38,977 nt of DNA from Armatimonadota bacterium (GTDB taxonomy: Bacteria > Armatimonadota > UBA5829 > DTLH01), in NCBI GenBank assembly GCA_039679675.1, contig JBDKUN010000013.1:1-38977 (forward strand), given 5' to 3'. Below are positions 17,691 to 26,713 of this stretch, piece by piece; position 1 is the stretch's first letter; each line of letters starts with the position of its first letter. The notes under the pieces are model-generated. The model saw only the letters and a list, made by a program, of their open reading frames with translations, ran no database searches and was not told the origin of the DNA. Made by a program: the position numbers and the translations under genes.

Positions 17691-18063
17691 AACTGCGGAG
17701 AAGATGCTGCGGGCCGAAGGCTGCCCGGAGTCATCGGAAGTGAGTATTCTTCTCATCGATGATGAAGGCATTACCAGCCTCAACCGCGAATATCTCGGTA
17801 AGGACCGCCCTACGGACGTATTGTCGTTCTACCAGTCGGAGAATCCCGAAGAGCGGGGAGATGTGCTGGGTGACATAGTCATCTCCGTAGAGACTGCAAA
17901 ACGGCAGGCTGATGAGAGGAAAAAAAGCCTGGATGAGGAGTTGGACCTTCTCGTGTCGCATGGTATACTTCATCTACTCGGTTATACCGATTATACTGAA
18001 GAGACAGCGCGGCGAATGCAGGAAAGAGCCGCCGAGGTTATCGGACCGGAGGCAGCAAGGTAA
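17632..18063 (+). CDS. ybeY: rRNA maturation endoribonuclease YbeY
   Basis: PTDVLSF, LGDIVIS and HGILHLLGY. Confidence 0.92.
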   Translation: MEILIRNSQALPVKQKRLTETAEKMLRAEGCPESSEVSILLIDDEGITSLNREYLGKDRPTDVLSFYQSENPEERGDVLGDIVISVETAKRQADERKKSLDEELDLLVSHGILHLLGYTDYTEETARRMQERAAEVIGPEAAR

Positions 18064-18253
18064 GGTTTTTGGATAGAGAGAATACAGAATTTATGGATTG
18101 GTGGATGTCGTTCTGAAGCAACAACGTCATTCCGAGCTTATTCTATGCTGATGCGGGAATGGCAGATTTAGAATAATTGTGTAATATGCATAGAACCAAT
18201 TTCCGCAGCATATGCAGCATAGGAATCAGCCGGAAATTTATAAGTAGTAAATT

Positions 18254-18967
18254 ATGAGACTTAAAAACCCTTTGAATGGTTTTAAATATGCTATGGAAGG
18301 CGTGGCGCACGTCTTCCGCACTCAGCGGCACATGAGGTTTCACTTCCTGGTGCTGGTGCTGGTGCTTCTAGCGGGACTGGTGTTCGAACTGAACAGGGTG
18401 GAAATGATGATCCTCCTGTTCACGGTAACACTGGTGCTGACGGCAGAGATGTTCAACACGGCTATAGAAGCCGTAGTTGACCTCGTTACTCAGTCATACC
18501 ACCCGCTGGCGAAGTTTGCCAAGGACATTGCGGCAGGCGCAGTCTTGATCACGGTCTTGAACGCGCTGATAGTTGCCGTCTTGCTGTTCTTCGGCGGAAA
18601 AGAGTGGCCCGATATATCCCAGCGCCTTGGGCTGCAGCGGCCGAAGGAACTTACTATCATCGTTACGGGCCTTGTACTACTGGGCGTGCTGGTGACGATG
18701 TGGAAGGTTACCGGAAGAAAGGGTAAACTCTGGAAGGGAGGAGTCGTCAGTGCGCATACTGCACTGGGGTTCTTCCTTTGCACAACCATTCTGTTTTTAT
18801 CGAAGAATATTATAGCCGCAGTGATGGCATTCATACTGGCAGTGCTGGTCGCACAAAGCCGGGTGGAAGCCAGAATCCACACACTGCGGGAAGTGGTAAC
18901 GGGAGCGCTTCTGGCAACTGTGCTTACCGCTGTGGTCTATATGTTTATAGGGCCGCACTTTGGGTAG
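18254..18967 (+). CDS. dgkA: Diacylglycerol/undecaprenol kinase fused to a PAP2-like domain
   Basis: AEMFNTAIEAVVDL and AKDIAAGAVL, with C-terminal SAHT...QSRVEARIHT. Confidence 0.88.
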   Translation: MRLKNPLNGFKYAMEGVAHVFRTQRHMRFHFLVLVLVLLAGLVFELNRVEMMILLFTVTLVLTAEMFNTAIEAVVDLVTQSYHPLAKFAKDIAAGAVLITVLNALIVAVLLFFGGKEWPDISQRLGLQRPKELTIIVTGLVLLGVLVTMWKVTGRKGKLWKGGVVSAHTALGFFLCTTILFLSKNIIAAVMAFILAVLVAQSRVEARIHTLREVVTGALLATVLTAVVYMFIGPHFG

Positions 18968-18998
18968 GCGCCGAAGCGATTGAGGAGGACGTTAGGTC

Positions 18999-20369
18999 TT
19001 GGAGGATCCCTACAGTCAGATCATACTAATTATCGTTCTAATATTACTTAATGCATTCTTCGCGGCGGCGGAGATATCGATCGTGTCGGTACGGCGGACA
19101 CGAATCAAGCAACTTGTCGAAGAAGGTAACCAATCCGCAAAAACGGTTCAGAAACTGATCGAAAATCCGACCAGGTTTATGGCAACAGTGCAGATTGGGA
19201 TGACACTAGTCGGATTTCTGGCATCAGCTATCGGAGCTGTGACCTTGGCAAACCGGCTCGCGTCTCTTCTGCACAGCGTCCATGTTGCTATCATCTCCGA
19301 TAATGCACTGGGTATCTCTGTTTTTGTGGTCACTCTGGCAATCGGATTCGTCACACTCGTTGTCGGGGAAATTGCGCCGAAAAGCCTTGCTCTACAGTAT
19401 TCCGAAAAGTTCTCCTTGGTGTTTGGGCGAGTCGTCAACTTCATCTCAATCATCACCATGCCTGCGGTGAAGATCGTAAGCTTTGCGAGCGACCTTCTGG
19501 TCAAACCGTTCGGCGGGGAGGTGAGGTTCTCCACTCCGATAGTAACGGAAGAAGAGCTGAAGATGCTGGTCGAGGCTGGCGAGGAGGAAGGTGTGCTCGA
19601 AGAGGAAGAAAAGGAGATGATCCATTCCATCTTCGAGTTTACCGATACTGTAGTGCGCCAGGTCATGGTGCCGAGGATCGATATGAAGTCGGTTGAAATT
19701 GCAGCCGGCTTGGACGAACTCCTGGAAGTGATTATGCGCTACGGCCACTCCAGAATCCCGGTCTATGAAGACAATGTCGATAACGTTGTGGGCGTAGTCC
19801 ATGCAAAGGACCTGCTGCCGGTGCTCGCGAAGAACCTTCACGACACCGATATCCGCACTGTTATGAGGCCCGCTTATTTCATCCCTGAGTCGAAGAAAAT
19901 CGACGAACTGATGGCTGAGTTCAAGCGCAGCAAGATACAAATGGCCATCGTACGCGACGAATACGGCGGCACTGCGGGGCTCGTCACCCTCGAAGACCTC
20001 CTGGAAGAGATCGTCGGAGACATTATGGACGAGTACGACATAGAAGAGCGCATGATCGAGGTAATTGACGAAGACCACGCCACCGTAAACGCAAGAATGG
20101 ACGTAGGCGACCTGAACGATCAGATGCATCTCGACATCCCGGAGACAGAGGACTACGAAACCATCGGAGGGTTCGTCTTCGGGCTCTTCGGCAGGCAGCC
20201 TGTGGAAGGGGAGTCCGTGGAGTACGAGAATGTGAAGTTCACGGTCAAGTGCTTGGATGGCGGCAGGCTGCACAAAATCTCAATAGACCGCGAACCTAAG
20301 CCCGAAACCGACGAAGACGATAACCACAAGGAAACCAAAGAGAGCGCATCGAACGGCGGAAGGCACTGA
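18999..20369 (+). CDS. Hemolysin-family CNNM/CorC transporter (DUF21-CBS-CorC)
   Basis: NAFFAAAEISIVS, GEIAPK, HSRIPVY and DEYGGTAGLVTLEDLLEEIVGDI. Confidence 0.92.
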   Translation: MEDPYSQIILIIVLILLNAFFAAAEISIVSVRRTRIKQLVEEGNQSAKTVQKLIENPTRFMATVQIGMTLVGFLASAIGAVTLANRLASLLHSVHVAIISDNALGISVFVVTLAIGFVTLVVGEIAPKSLALQYSEKFSLVFGRVVNFISIITMPAVKIVSFASDLLVKPFGGEVRFSTPIVTEEELKMLVEAGEEEGVLEEEEKEMIHSIFEFTDTVVRQVMVPRIDMKSVEIAAGLDELLEVIMRYGHSRIPVYEDNVDNVVGVVHAKDLLPVLAKNLHDTDIRTVMRPAYFIPESKKIDELMAEFKRSKIQMAIVRDEYGGTAGLVTLEDLLEEIVGDIMDEYDIEERMIEVIDEDHATVNARMDVGDLNDQMHLDIPETEDYETIGGFVFGLFGRQPVEGESVEYENVKFTVKCLDGGRLHKISIDREPKPETDEDDNHKETKESASNGGRH

Positions 20370-20402
20370 AGCCGGTTTAGAATATAGGATGTAGGATTTA
20401 GG

Positions 20403-20444
20403 GCTGGTTTCGGCCGCGCATATTGCGCCGGGGCCAGCTTTTTT
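20403..20444 (+). terminator. Intrinsic terminator after the operon
   Basis: GCTGGTTTCGG...CCGGGGCCAGC followed by TTTTT. Confidence 0.65.
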
Positions 20445-20649
20445 AAATTTGTGGAGATTCCTGCTTCGGCCCCCGTGGTCCAGTAGGTCCACGCGGGAGA
20501 CGAACTGCGGTCCCGAAGCAACGAAGAAGAATGGTGTAGATTTTTCTACCGGCTTCCCTAAACCCCCAAATTCCAAGCCCTTCTCTACTATCCCCTTTCT
20601 GTGATATGCACGAATATTGACAATTTTCTTGCCTAATATAGCAATTCAC

Positions 20650-20678
20650 TTGACAAATATTGCATGGGCTGGTAGCAT
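20650..20678 (+). promoter_or_regulatory. sigma70 promoter upstream of the riboswitch
   Basis: TTGACA-N17-TAGCAT with TG extension. Confidence 0.5.
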
Positions 20679-20756
20679 TACCTCAACAATACAATGGATG
20701 TGGCTGTTACGCGCATCCGAACTCTACGGATTCCCAGCCGGAATCCACAAAAACTG

Positions 20757-20950
20757 ATCGCCGAATCTCTTCGATGGAAGGGAGCGGGGAAACCAGGTTA
20801 GTCGGCTTTATTTGTTCTGCAGATAGAGCATTATTACTAAAAAGTGTTATTCGTAAAACGGATAATGCGGTTTAGTATCGGGCGAATCCCGGCCTATGCC
20901 GGGAAGGGCTGCTCTTCAGGCCCCAGCCCTGTAGCTAACCTCGCAGGCGC
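20757..20950 (+). ncRNA. c-di-AMP (ydaO/yuaA) riboswitch
   Basis: Conserved blocks in order: CGCCGAATC, GCGGGGAAACCA, GGGCGAATC and AGGGC...CCCAGCCCTGTAGCTAACCTCGCAGGCG. Lies upstream of an NlpC/P60 gene, a classic target. Confidence 0.85.
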
Positions 20951-21053
20951 GGAGTGAAGAGACCTTGTACCGCGCTGTACAACTCGTCATACACTCTACT
21001 TATGTGCCTCATATTGCCCCTGATAAGCGATTTTGCAACAGGAAGGTCAGTCT

Positions 21054-21704
21054 GTGATAAACAAGCTCGCCATAACAGCGGTTCTTTTATGTGCATTGGC
21101 GGTACCTGTATTCGCGGAGCCCGCGGCGGATACTGCTGCTGCAGACCAGCCAAAAACCACTTCCGCAGAGGTAAATTCGAACACCGACACCGACGGTGAG
21201 ACGCCGGAGCTGGTAGTCGAGCTCGGAATCCCCGATAAATCGAAGGAAAGCGTTCCAAAACCGGCTGCTACCAAGCCAGCCGTGAAAAAATCGTCCGCAT
21301 CCACGTCAACTTCCATAGATAAAGAGATTGCCCAGGCGAACCGGTTTTCGCGGCTGACGAGAGAAGCTCTCAGCTGCCGTGGGCTTCCCTATATTTGGGG
21401 AGGAGGCAGCCGGACGGGGTTTGATTGCTCCGGGTTTACCCAGTATCTCTATCAGAAACGCGGAATAAAGCTGCCTCATTCGGCAAAGCTGCAGTTCAAG
21501 ATGGGCATTCCCGTAAATAAGAGCGATCTGAAAGAATGCGATCTTGTATTCTTCAACACCCGTGGCCCTATTACTCATGTGGGGATGTACATCGGCGACG
21601 GCAAGTTCATCCATGCTGCAAATCCCAGGCGGGGAGTAGTCATCAATTCCCTGGATGATGCGTACTATACCCGGTGCTATGCCGGAGCGCGGCGGTACAC
21701 GTAA
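21054..21704 (+). CDS. Secreted NlpC/P60 (C40) peptidoglycan endopeptidase
   Basis: Signal peptide, low-complexity linker, PYIWGG...GFDCSGF and HVGMYIGDGKFIHA. GTG start after GGAAGG. Confidence 0.92.
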   Translation: MINKLAITAVLLCALAVPVFAEPAADTAAADQPKTTSAEVNSNTDTDGETPELVVELGIPDKSKESVPKPAATKPAVKKSSASTSTSIDKEIAQANRFSRLTREALSCRGLPYIWGGGSRTGFDCSGFTQYLYQKRGIKLPHSAKLQFKMGIPVNKSDLKECDLVFFNTRGPITHVGMYIGDGKFIHAANPRRGVVINSLDDAYYTRCYAGARRYT

Positions 21705-21770
21705 AAACCCCTCCGCCTACTGGTAAGAGCTCAGAATTGATGAATATAACATCATGCGGAATGTTCACAA

Positions 21771-21856
21771 CGTCATTCCGAGCTTGACTCGGAATCCAGG
21801 AAAAGAATGGACCCTGAATCAAGTTCAGGGTGACGTGCTTGGCGTTCAGGGTGACG
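21771..21856. repeat. Inverted pair of CGTC-type REPs (REPIN-like) plus a partial third copy
   Basis: CGTCATTCCGAGCTTGACTCGGAATCC (21771-21797), GGACCCTGAATCAAGTTCAGGGTGACG (21809-21835) and GTTCAGGGTGACG (21844-21856). Partial copy at 18125-18139. Confidence 0.8.
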
Positions 21857-21975
21857 TGTTGGTTATCCTGAATGATGTATAGTTCTCATTAAGGATGAAC
21901 TATTACCTACTGTTTGACGGCACCTTTGGAATATGGTACAAAATAACCGGGCGATTTGCCCCAAGAGGTGTTCAA

Positions 21976-22683
21976 TTGATATTCATGACAGGCGGACACG
22001 GGCTGCTAGGCCCTGAGTTGAGAAAACTGCGGGATTACTACGCCCCCGAAGAGCACGAAATGGACATCACCGACCCGGCAAAGGTGATGGAAGTAATAAC
22101 CACTGTTAAGCCTAAGTTCATCTACCACGCTGCCGCCTATACAAACGTCGCCAAAGCGGAGACCGACTGGGAAATGTGCTATAAGATCAATGCGCTCGGC
22201 ACGAAGAACATGGTTGCCGCCGCGAAGGAAATCGGAGCGACTTTCATCTATCAAAGCACCGATTACGTATTCGACGGATACCGGGAACCAGGCGGCCCCG
22301 GATATAAGCCGGATGACATACCTCACCCGATCAACTGGTATTCGACCACAAAACTGATTGGTGAGATATATACGCAAGCCTATAGCGAGCATTACATAAT
22401 CCGCACCAGCTTCAAGAAATCCCCGTGGGAACACCCGAAAGCCGTGGCTGACATGTGGACGACTGCCGATTACCTCGATGTCATCGCTCCGCTGATCGAC
22501 AAGACAATCGGACGGATCGTCGAAGGCAGGCCGCTCCCCGGGCGGATAATCCACCTGGGAACAGCCAGAAAGACAATTTTGGAACTCGCCAGACGCAGAA
22601 ACCCGGATATCGAGTCGATGACCCGCGCGGATGTCCCTGTCAAGCTGCCGGTCGATACATCACTCTCGTTTTTTGAGCCGTAA
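21976..22683 (+). CDS. dTDP-4-dehydrorhamnose reductase-like SDR (RmlD family), short form
   Basis: TGGHGLLG, HAAAYTNV..AE, STDYVFDG and YSTTK (YxxxK). TTG start after GAGGTG. Confidence 0.8.
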   Translation: MIFMTGGHGLLGPELRKLRDYYAPEEHEMDITDPAKVMEVITTVKPKFIYHAAAYTNVAKAETDWEMCYKINALGTKNMVAAAKEIGATFIYQSTDYVFDGYREPGGPGYKPDDIPHPINWYSTTKLIGEIYTQAYSEHYIIRTSFKKSPWEHPKAVADMWTTADYLDVIAPLIDKTIGRIVEGRPLPGRIIHLGTARKTILELARRRNPDIESMTRADVPVKLPVDTSLSFFEP

Positions 22684-22881
22684 ACAGGTTCTAGAAACCT
22701 CGAACGCACTTCCCTGAGGACAGTGGTAGAGTTCTCAGGGACACCGCGGGCTGCCTAAATGTATCTCTCTGAATCTTCATATTATGAACCCTTTTGATCC
22801 CTCTTTCGTGCTTAGCAAGCTGAAATTTGAAGGAACACTTCGTGTGCGGGGCTAAGAAGCAATAAGAGGAGCATACCAGAC

Positions 22882-25800
22882 ATGCCGGACTTTATACCAT
22901 TTCAGCAGTATCAAAAGCAATTGTCGAAAGAGCTTAAGGCAGGCAACGCGACGGAGCATACCCATCGGCCTGCGCTGAAAACGCTCGTCCAGTCACTAAT
23001 GCCGGGGATTATCGCGACTAATGAACCCAAGCGGGTGGCATGCGGCGCGCCGGACTTTATTATCACCAAAAGCGAGACGCCTCTCGGCTATATCGAGACT
23101 AAGGATGTCGGCAAGCCGCTCGACGACATCGAAAAGACCGATCAGTTGAAGCGGTATTTCAACCTGGGTAATCTGGTGCTCACGGATTACCTGGAGTTTC
23201 GGTGGTATGTGCTGGGAAAACGGAGGATGGCCGCGCGGCTTGCAACAGTCGGCCCGGACGGGAAGCTCTGGCCTGTCGAAAACGGTGAGGCAGAGTTGGA
23301 AGAACTGCTGACATCGTTCCTCAAAGCGGAGATTCCCACTGTCGATAATCCGAAACAGCTTGCCGAGAGAATGGCCCGGCTGGCCCGCGCTATCCGGCCT
23401 GAAGTGATGGATACTATCCTCAAAGAAGAGGAAAACGGCTCCTTGAGAAGACTGATGGAAGGGTTCCGCAAGGTACTGCTTCACAACCTTACCGAGGAAG
23501 AGTTTGCCGATATGTATACGCAGACTCTTTGCTATGGGCTGTTCGCTGCCAGGTGCAACCACGACCCATCGAAACAGTTCAGCAGGCGCACCGCGCCGTT
23601 CGATATACCTAAGACCAACCCGTTTTTACGTGACCTGTTCTCGCATTTCGCCGGGCTAGAGCTGGAAGACCAGCCTTATGTGTGGGCAGTCGATGATCTG
23701 GCTTTGCTTCTGGAGCGGACAGACATGGCGGCTATTCTGGAAGACTTCGGTAAACGCACCCGCAGGGAGGACCCGGTCGTCCATTTCTATGAGACTTTTC
23801 TTTCCGAGTATAACCCGGCCATGCGGGAGGCAAGAGGTGTCTATTACACGCCGGAGCCGGTGGTCTCTTACATAGTCCGAAGCGTTGACCATATATTGAA
23901 GACGGATTTCGGGCTTCCCGGCGGGCTTGCGGACTCGTCCATGGTGAAGATCAAGACCAGGGATGAAGAAGAAAAAGAAGTCCACAAGGTGCAGATACTT
24001 GACCCCGCCACAGGCACGGGGACGTTCCTTTTCCACGTTATAAAGCAGATACACGACTCGTTCGAAGGCAACCGGGGTATGTGGCCGGCCTATGTGCAAA
24101 AGCACCTGCTGCCGAGGCTGTTCGGGTTCGAACTTTTGATGGCTCCGTATGCCGTGGCGCATTTGAAGCTCGGCTTGCAGTTGAAAGAGACGGGCTATGA
24201 CTTCGGTTCTGATGAACGGCTCAAGATATACCTCACCAACACCCTTGAAGAAGCATTCAAAGCCGACGATCTGACGCTGTGGGCGCAGAAGGTGGCCGAA
24301 GAAGCCAACGGCGCAGGCGAGGTAAAGCGCGATGCGCCGATCATGGTGGTTCTGGGCAACCCGCCGTATTCCGGGCATTCAGCTAACAAGGGAGAATGGA
24401 TTCACAACCTGCTTCACGGTAAAGATACAATGACCGGTCAGGCTACAGAGAATTATTTCGAGGTAGACGGCAAGCCTTTAGGCGAAAAGAACCCCAAGTG
24501 GCTGAATGATGACTATGTAAAATTTATCCGTTTTTCCCAGTGGCGGATAGAGCAGACGGGATACGGCATTTTAGCGTTTATTACCAATCATGGTTATCTT
24601 GATAACCCCACATTTCGAGGCATGCGCCAAAGCCTGATGGAAACTTTTGATGACATTTACATTCTGGACCTTCACGGCAACAGTAAGAAGAAAGAAACTG
24701 CACCGGACGGGAGCAAAGATGAGAATGTTTTCGACATTCAGCAGGGGGTGGCGATTGGGATATTTGTAAAGCGAAAACCAGCAACAAAAAATACCTGTGT
24801 TCACTATTTTGATATCCGGGGATTACGCACGGCCAAGAATGATTGGCTTGAGCATAATGATATATACACAACTTATTGGAATAAAATTGTGCCTTCTCAA
24901 TCATTTTACCTGCTCTCACCCCAAAACCAAAGGCTTATAGACGAGTATCAATTAGGATGGCACATTGGTGATATACTGCCAAAGAATAGTGTTGGTATAG
25001 TAACAGCACGAGATTCATTAACAATCCATTTCGATTCACAATCTGTTTGGAATACAATTAATGATTTTGCTAATTTGCCTTCTGAAATCGCTAGGGAGAA
25101 ATACAAATTAGGTAAAGATGCCCGTGATTGGAAGGTTAGCTATGCGCAAGATGACATACGGCTATCGGGACCTACCAAAGAGAATATCTCACCCATAATT
25201 TATAGACCTTTCGATAAACGGTACACCTATTTTACCGGCCAATGCCGGGGATTCCACTGTATGCCACGAATAGAAGTAATGTATCATATGATTAACGGAG
25301 ATAACCTTGGACTTATAACAAATAGACAAACCAGGATAAAATTCGATCATGTTTTTGTGACTCGCCATATTTCTGATTTCCATATATTAGAAACAGCTCA
25401 TGCTAATGCTTCTCTCTTCCCCCTCTACCTCTACCCATCCGAGCACAAGACATCGCTGTTTGATGAAGATATAGACACGGATACGCCGGGAGGCAGGAAA
25501 CCGAACCTTGCGCCGGAGTTTGTTGCGGACATAGAGAAGAAGACCGGGATGAGCTTCGTAAAAGACGGCAAAGGCGACCTGAAGGAGACGTTCGGGCCGG
25601 AGGATGTCTTCGACTACATCTACGCCGTCTTCCACTCACCGACTTACCGCACCCGCTATGCCGAGTTCCTGAAGATCGACTTCCCGCGTGTGCCGCTTAC
25701 ATCCAACCCGGAACTCTTCCGCTCGCTGTGCAAGCTCGGTGAGGAGCTTGTCGCTCTGCACTTAATGGAAAAGCACGGGCCGGATATGCCGAACTATCCC

Positions 25801-26121
25801 GTAGACCTGCCGATGTCCGACGAAATGAAGGATAAGGTAGGCGATGTACGTTACACCGCCCCCGGACAGGGAGCTGAATCCGGCAGAGTATGGATAAACA
25901 AGAAGCAGTACTTCGAAAATGTGCCGCCGGATGTATGGGAATTCCATGTAGGCGGCTACCAGGTCTGCCAGAAATGGCTGAAAGACCGCAAAGGCCGGGT
26001 ATTGTCTTATGATGACCTTCAGCACTACCGGGGCATAGTTGCCGCCCTCGCCGTAACCATCAGGATTATGTCCGAAATAGACGAAACTATCGACCAGTCC
26101 GGCGGCTGGCCTATAGCGTGA
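22882..26121 (+). CDS. Single-polypeptide restriction-modification enzyme (N6-adenine MTase, type IIG / type ISP-like C-terminal specificity domain, no helicase)
   Basis: N-terminal PD...E-x-K (GAPDF..GYIETK), GVYYTP, LDPATGTGTF (motif I), GNPPY (motif IV), IYRPFD and GGYQVCQKWLKDRK. Confidence 0.88.
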   Translation: MPDFIPFQQYQKQLSKELKAGNATEHTHRPALKTLVQSLMPGIIATNEPKRVACGAPDFIITKSETPLGYIETKDVGKPLDDIEKTDQLKRYFNLGNLVLTDYLEFRWYVLGKRRMAARLATVGPDGKLWPVENGEAELEELLTSFLKAEIPTVDNPKQLAERMARLARAIRPEVMDTILKEEENGSLRRLMEGFRKVLLHNLTEEEFADMYTQTLCYGLFAARCNHDPSKQFSRRTAPFDIPKTNPFLRDLFSHFAGLELEDQPYVWAVDDLALLLERTDMAAILEDFGKRTRREDPVVHFYETFLSEYNPAMREARGVYYTPEPVVSYIVRSVDHILKTDFGLPGGLADSSMVKIKTRDEEEKEVHKVQILDPATGTGTFLFHVIKQIHDSFEGNRGMWPAYVQKHLLPRLFGFELLMAPYAVAHLKLGLQLKETGYDFGSDERLKIYLTNTLEEAFKADDLTLWAQKVAEEANGAGEVKRDAPIMVVLGNPPYSGHSANKGEWIHNLLHGKDTMTGQATENYFEVDGKPLGEKNPKWLNDDYVKFIRFSQWRIEQTGYGILAFITNHGYLDNPTFRGMRQSLMETFDDIYILDLHGNSKKKETAPDGSKDENVFDIQQGVAIGIFVKRKPATKNTCVHYFDIRGLRTAKNDWLEHNDIYTTYWNKIVPSQSFYLLSPQNQRLIDEYQLGWHIGDILPKNSVGIVTARDSLTIHFDSQSVWNTINDFANLPSEIAREKYKLGKDARDWKVSYAQDDIRLSGPTKENISPIIYRPFDKRYTYFTGQCRGFHCMPRIEVMYHMINGDNLGLITNRQTRIKFDHVFVTRHISDFHILETAHANASLFPLYLYPSEHKTSLFDEDIDTDTPGGRKPNLAPEFVADIEKKTGMSFVKDGKGDLKETFGPEDVFDYIYAVFHSPTYRTRYAEFLKIDFPRVPLTSNPELFRSLCKLGEELVALHLMEKHGPDMPNYPVDLPMSDEMKDKVGDVRYTAPGQGAESGRVWINKKQYFENVPPDVWEFHVGGYQVCQKWLKDRKGRVLSYDDLQHYRGIVAALAVTIRIMSEIDETIDQSGGWPIA

Positions 26122-26205
26122 TTGTGGTAGGGCCATTACAAGTGTCGGGATTCTCTGGGTAGCTGGATTCGGACATTTTAGAACATAAAGTAAGAAAGGA
26201 AAGAC

Positions 26206-26646
26206 ATGAAATCAAGATTGCTGCACGAACAGGATGGACGAAAGACGTTTATTCTGATCTTTGATAAGGGCGATGAAGTAATCGAGGGGATTATAAACTT
26301 TGCACGCGAAAATAAGCTGAGCGCGAGCTATTTTACTGCAATCGGGGCCTGGAGCAGCGCGCTTCTGGGGTTCTTCAACCGTGAGACGAAGAGTTATGTG
26401 GAAATTCCGGTGAATGAGCAGGTCGAGGTCGCCTCGATGACCGGCAACATATCCATAGCTGACGGTGCTCCCAGGGTGCACGCGCATGCGGTCGTCTCAA
26501 AGAAAGACGGAACGTGCGTCGGCGGGCATATTTTGAAAGCTCAGGTCTGGCCGACGACGGAATTAGTCGTGACGGAGTCCCCGATCGAGCTCCACCGCGA
26601 GCCGGACGAAGAATCAGGGCTGTCGCTTATTAGAATTTGCGGATGA
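26206..26646 (+). CDS. PPC-domain (DUF296) protein
   Basis: FTAIGA, EVASMTGNI, HAHAVV and GGH. Confidence 0.85.
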   Translation: MKSRLLHEQDGRKTFILIFDKGDEVIEGIINFARENKLSASYFTAIGAWSSALLGFFNRETKSYVEIPVNEQVEVASMTGNISIADGAPRVHAHAVVSKKDGTCVGGHILKAQVWPTTELVVTESPIELHREPDEESGLSLIRICG

Positions 26647-26713
26647 TCCCGCTAAGCGGTATAATTACGCGGTATTCCTCTTAAATCTATAATCAGGATG
26701 GTATTATCGCTTT

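Noticed and set aside
19446..20273. 275-aa minus-strand ORF
   Set aside because: Antisense shadow of the CNNM/CorC gene.
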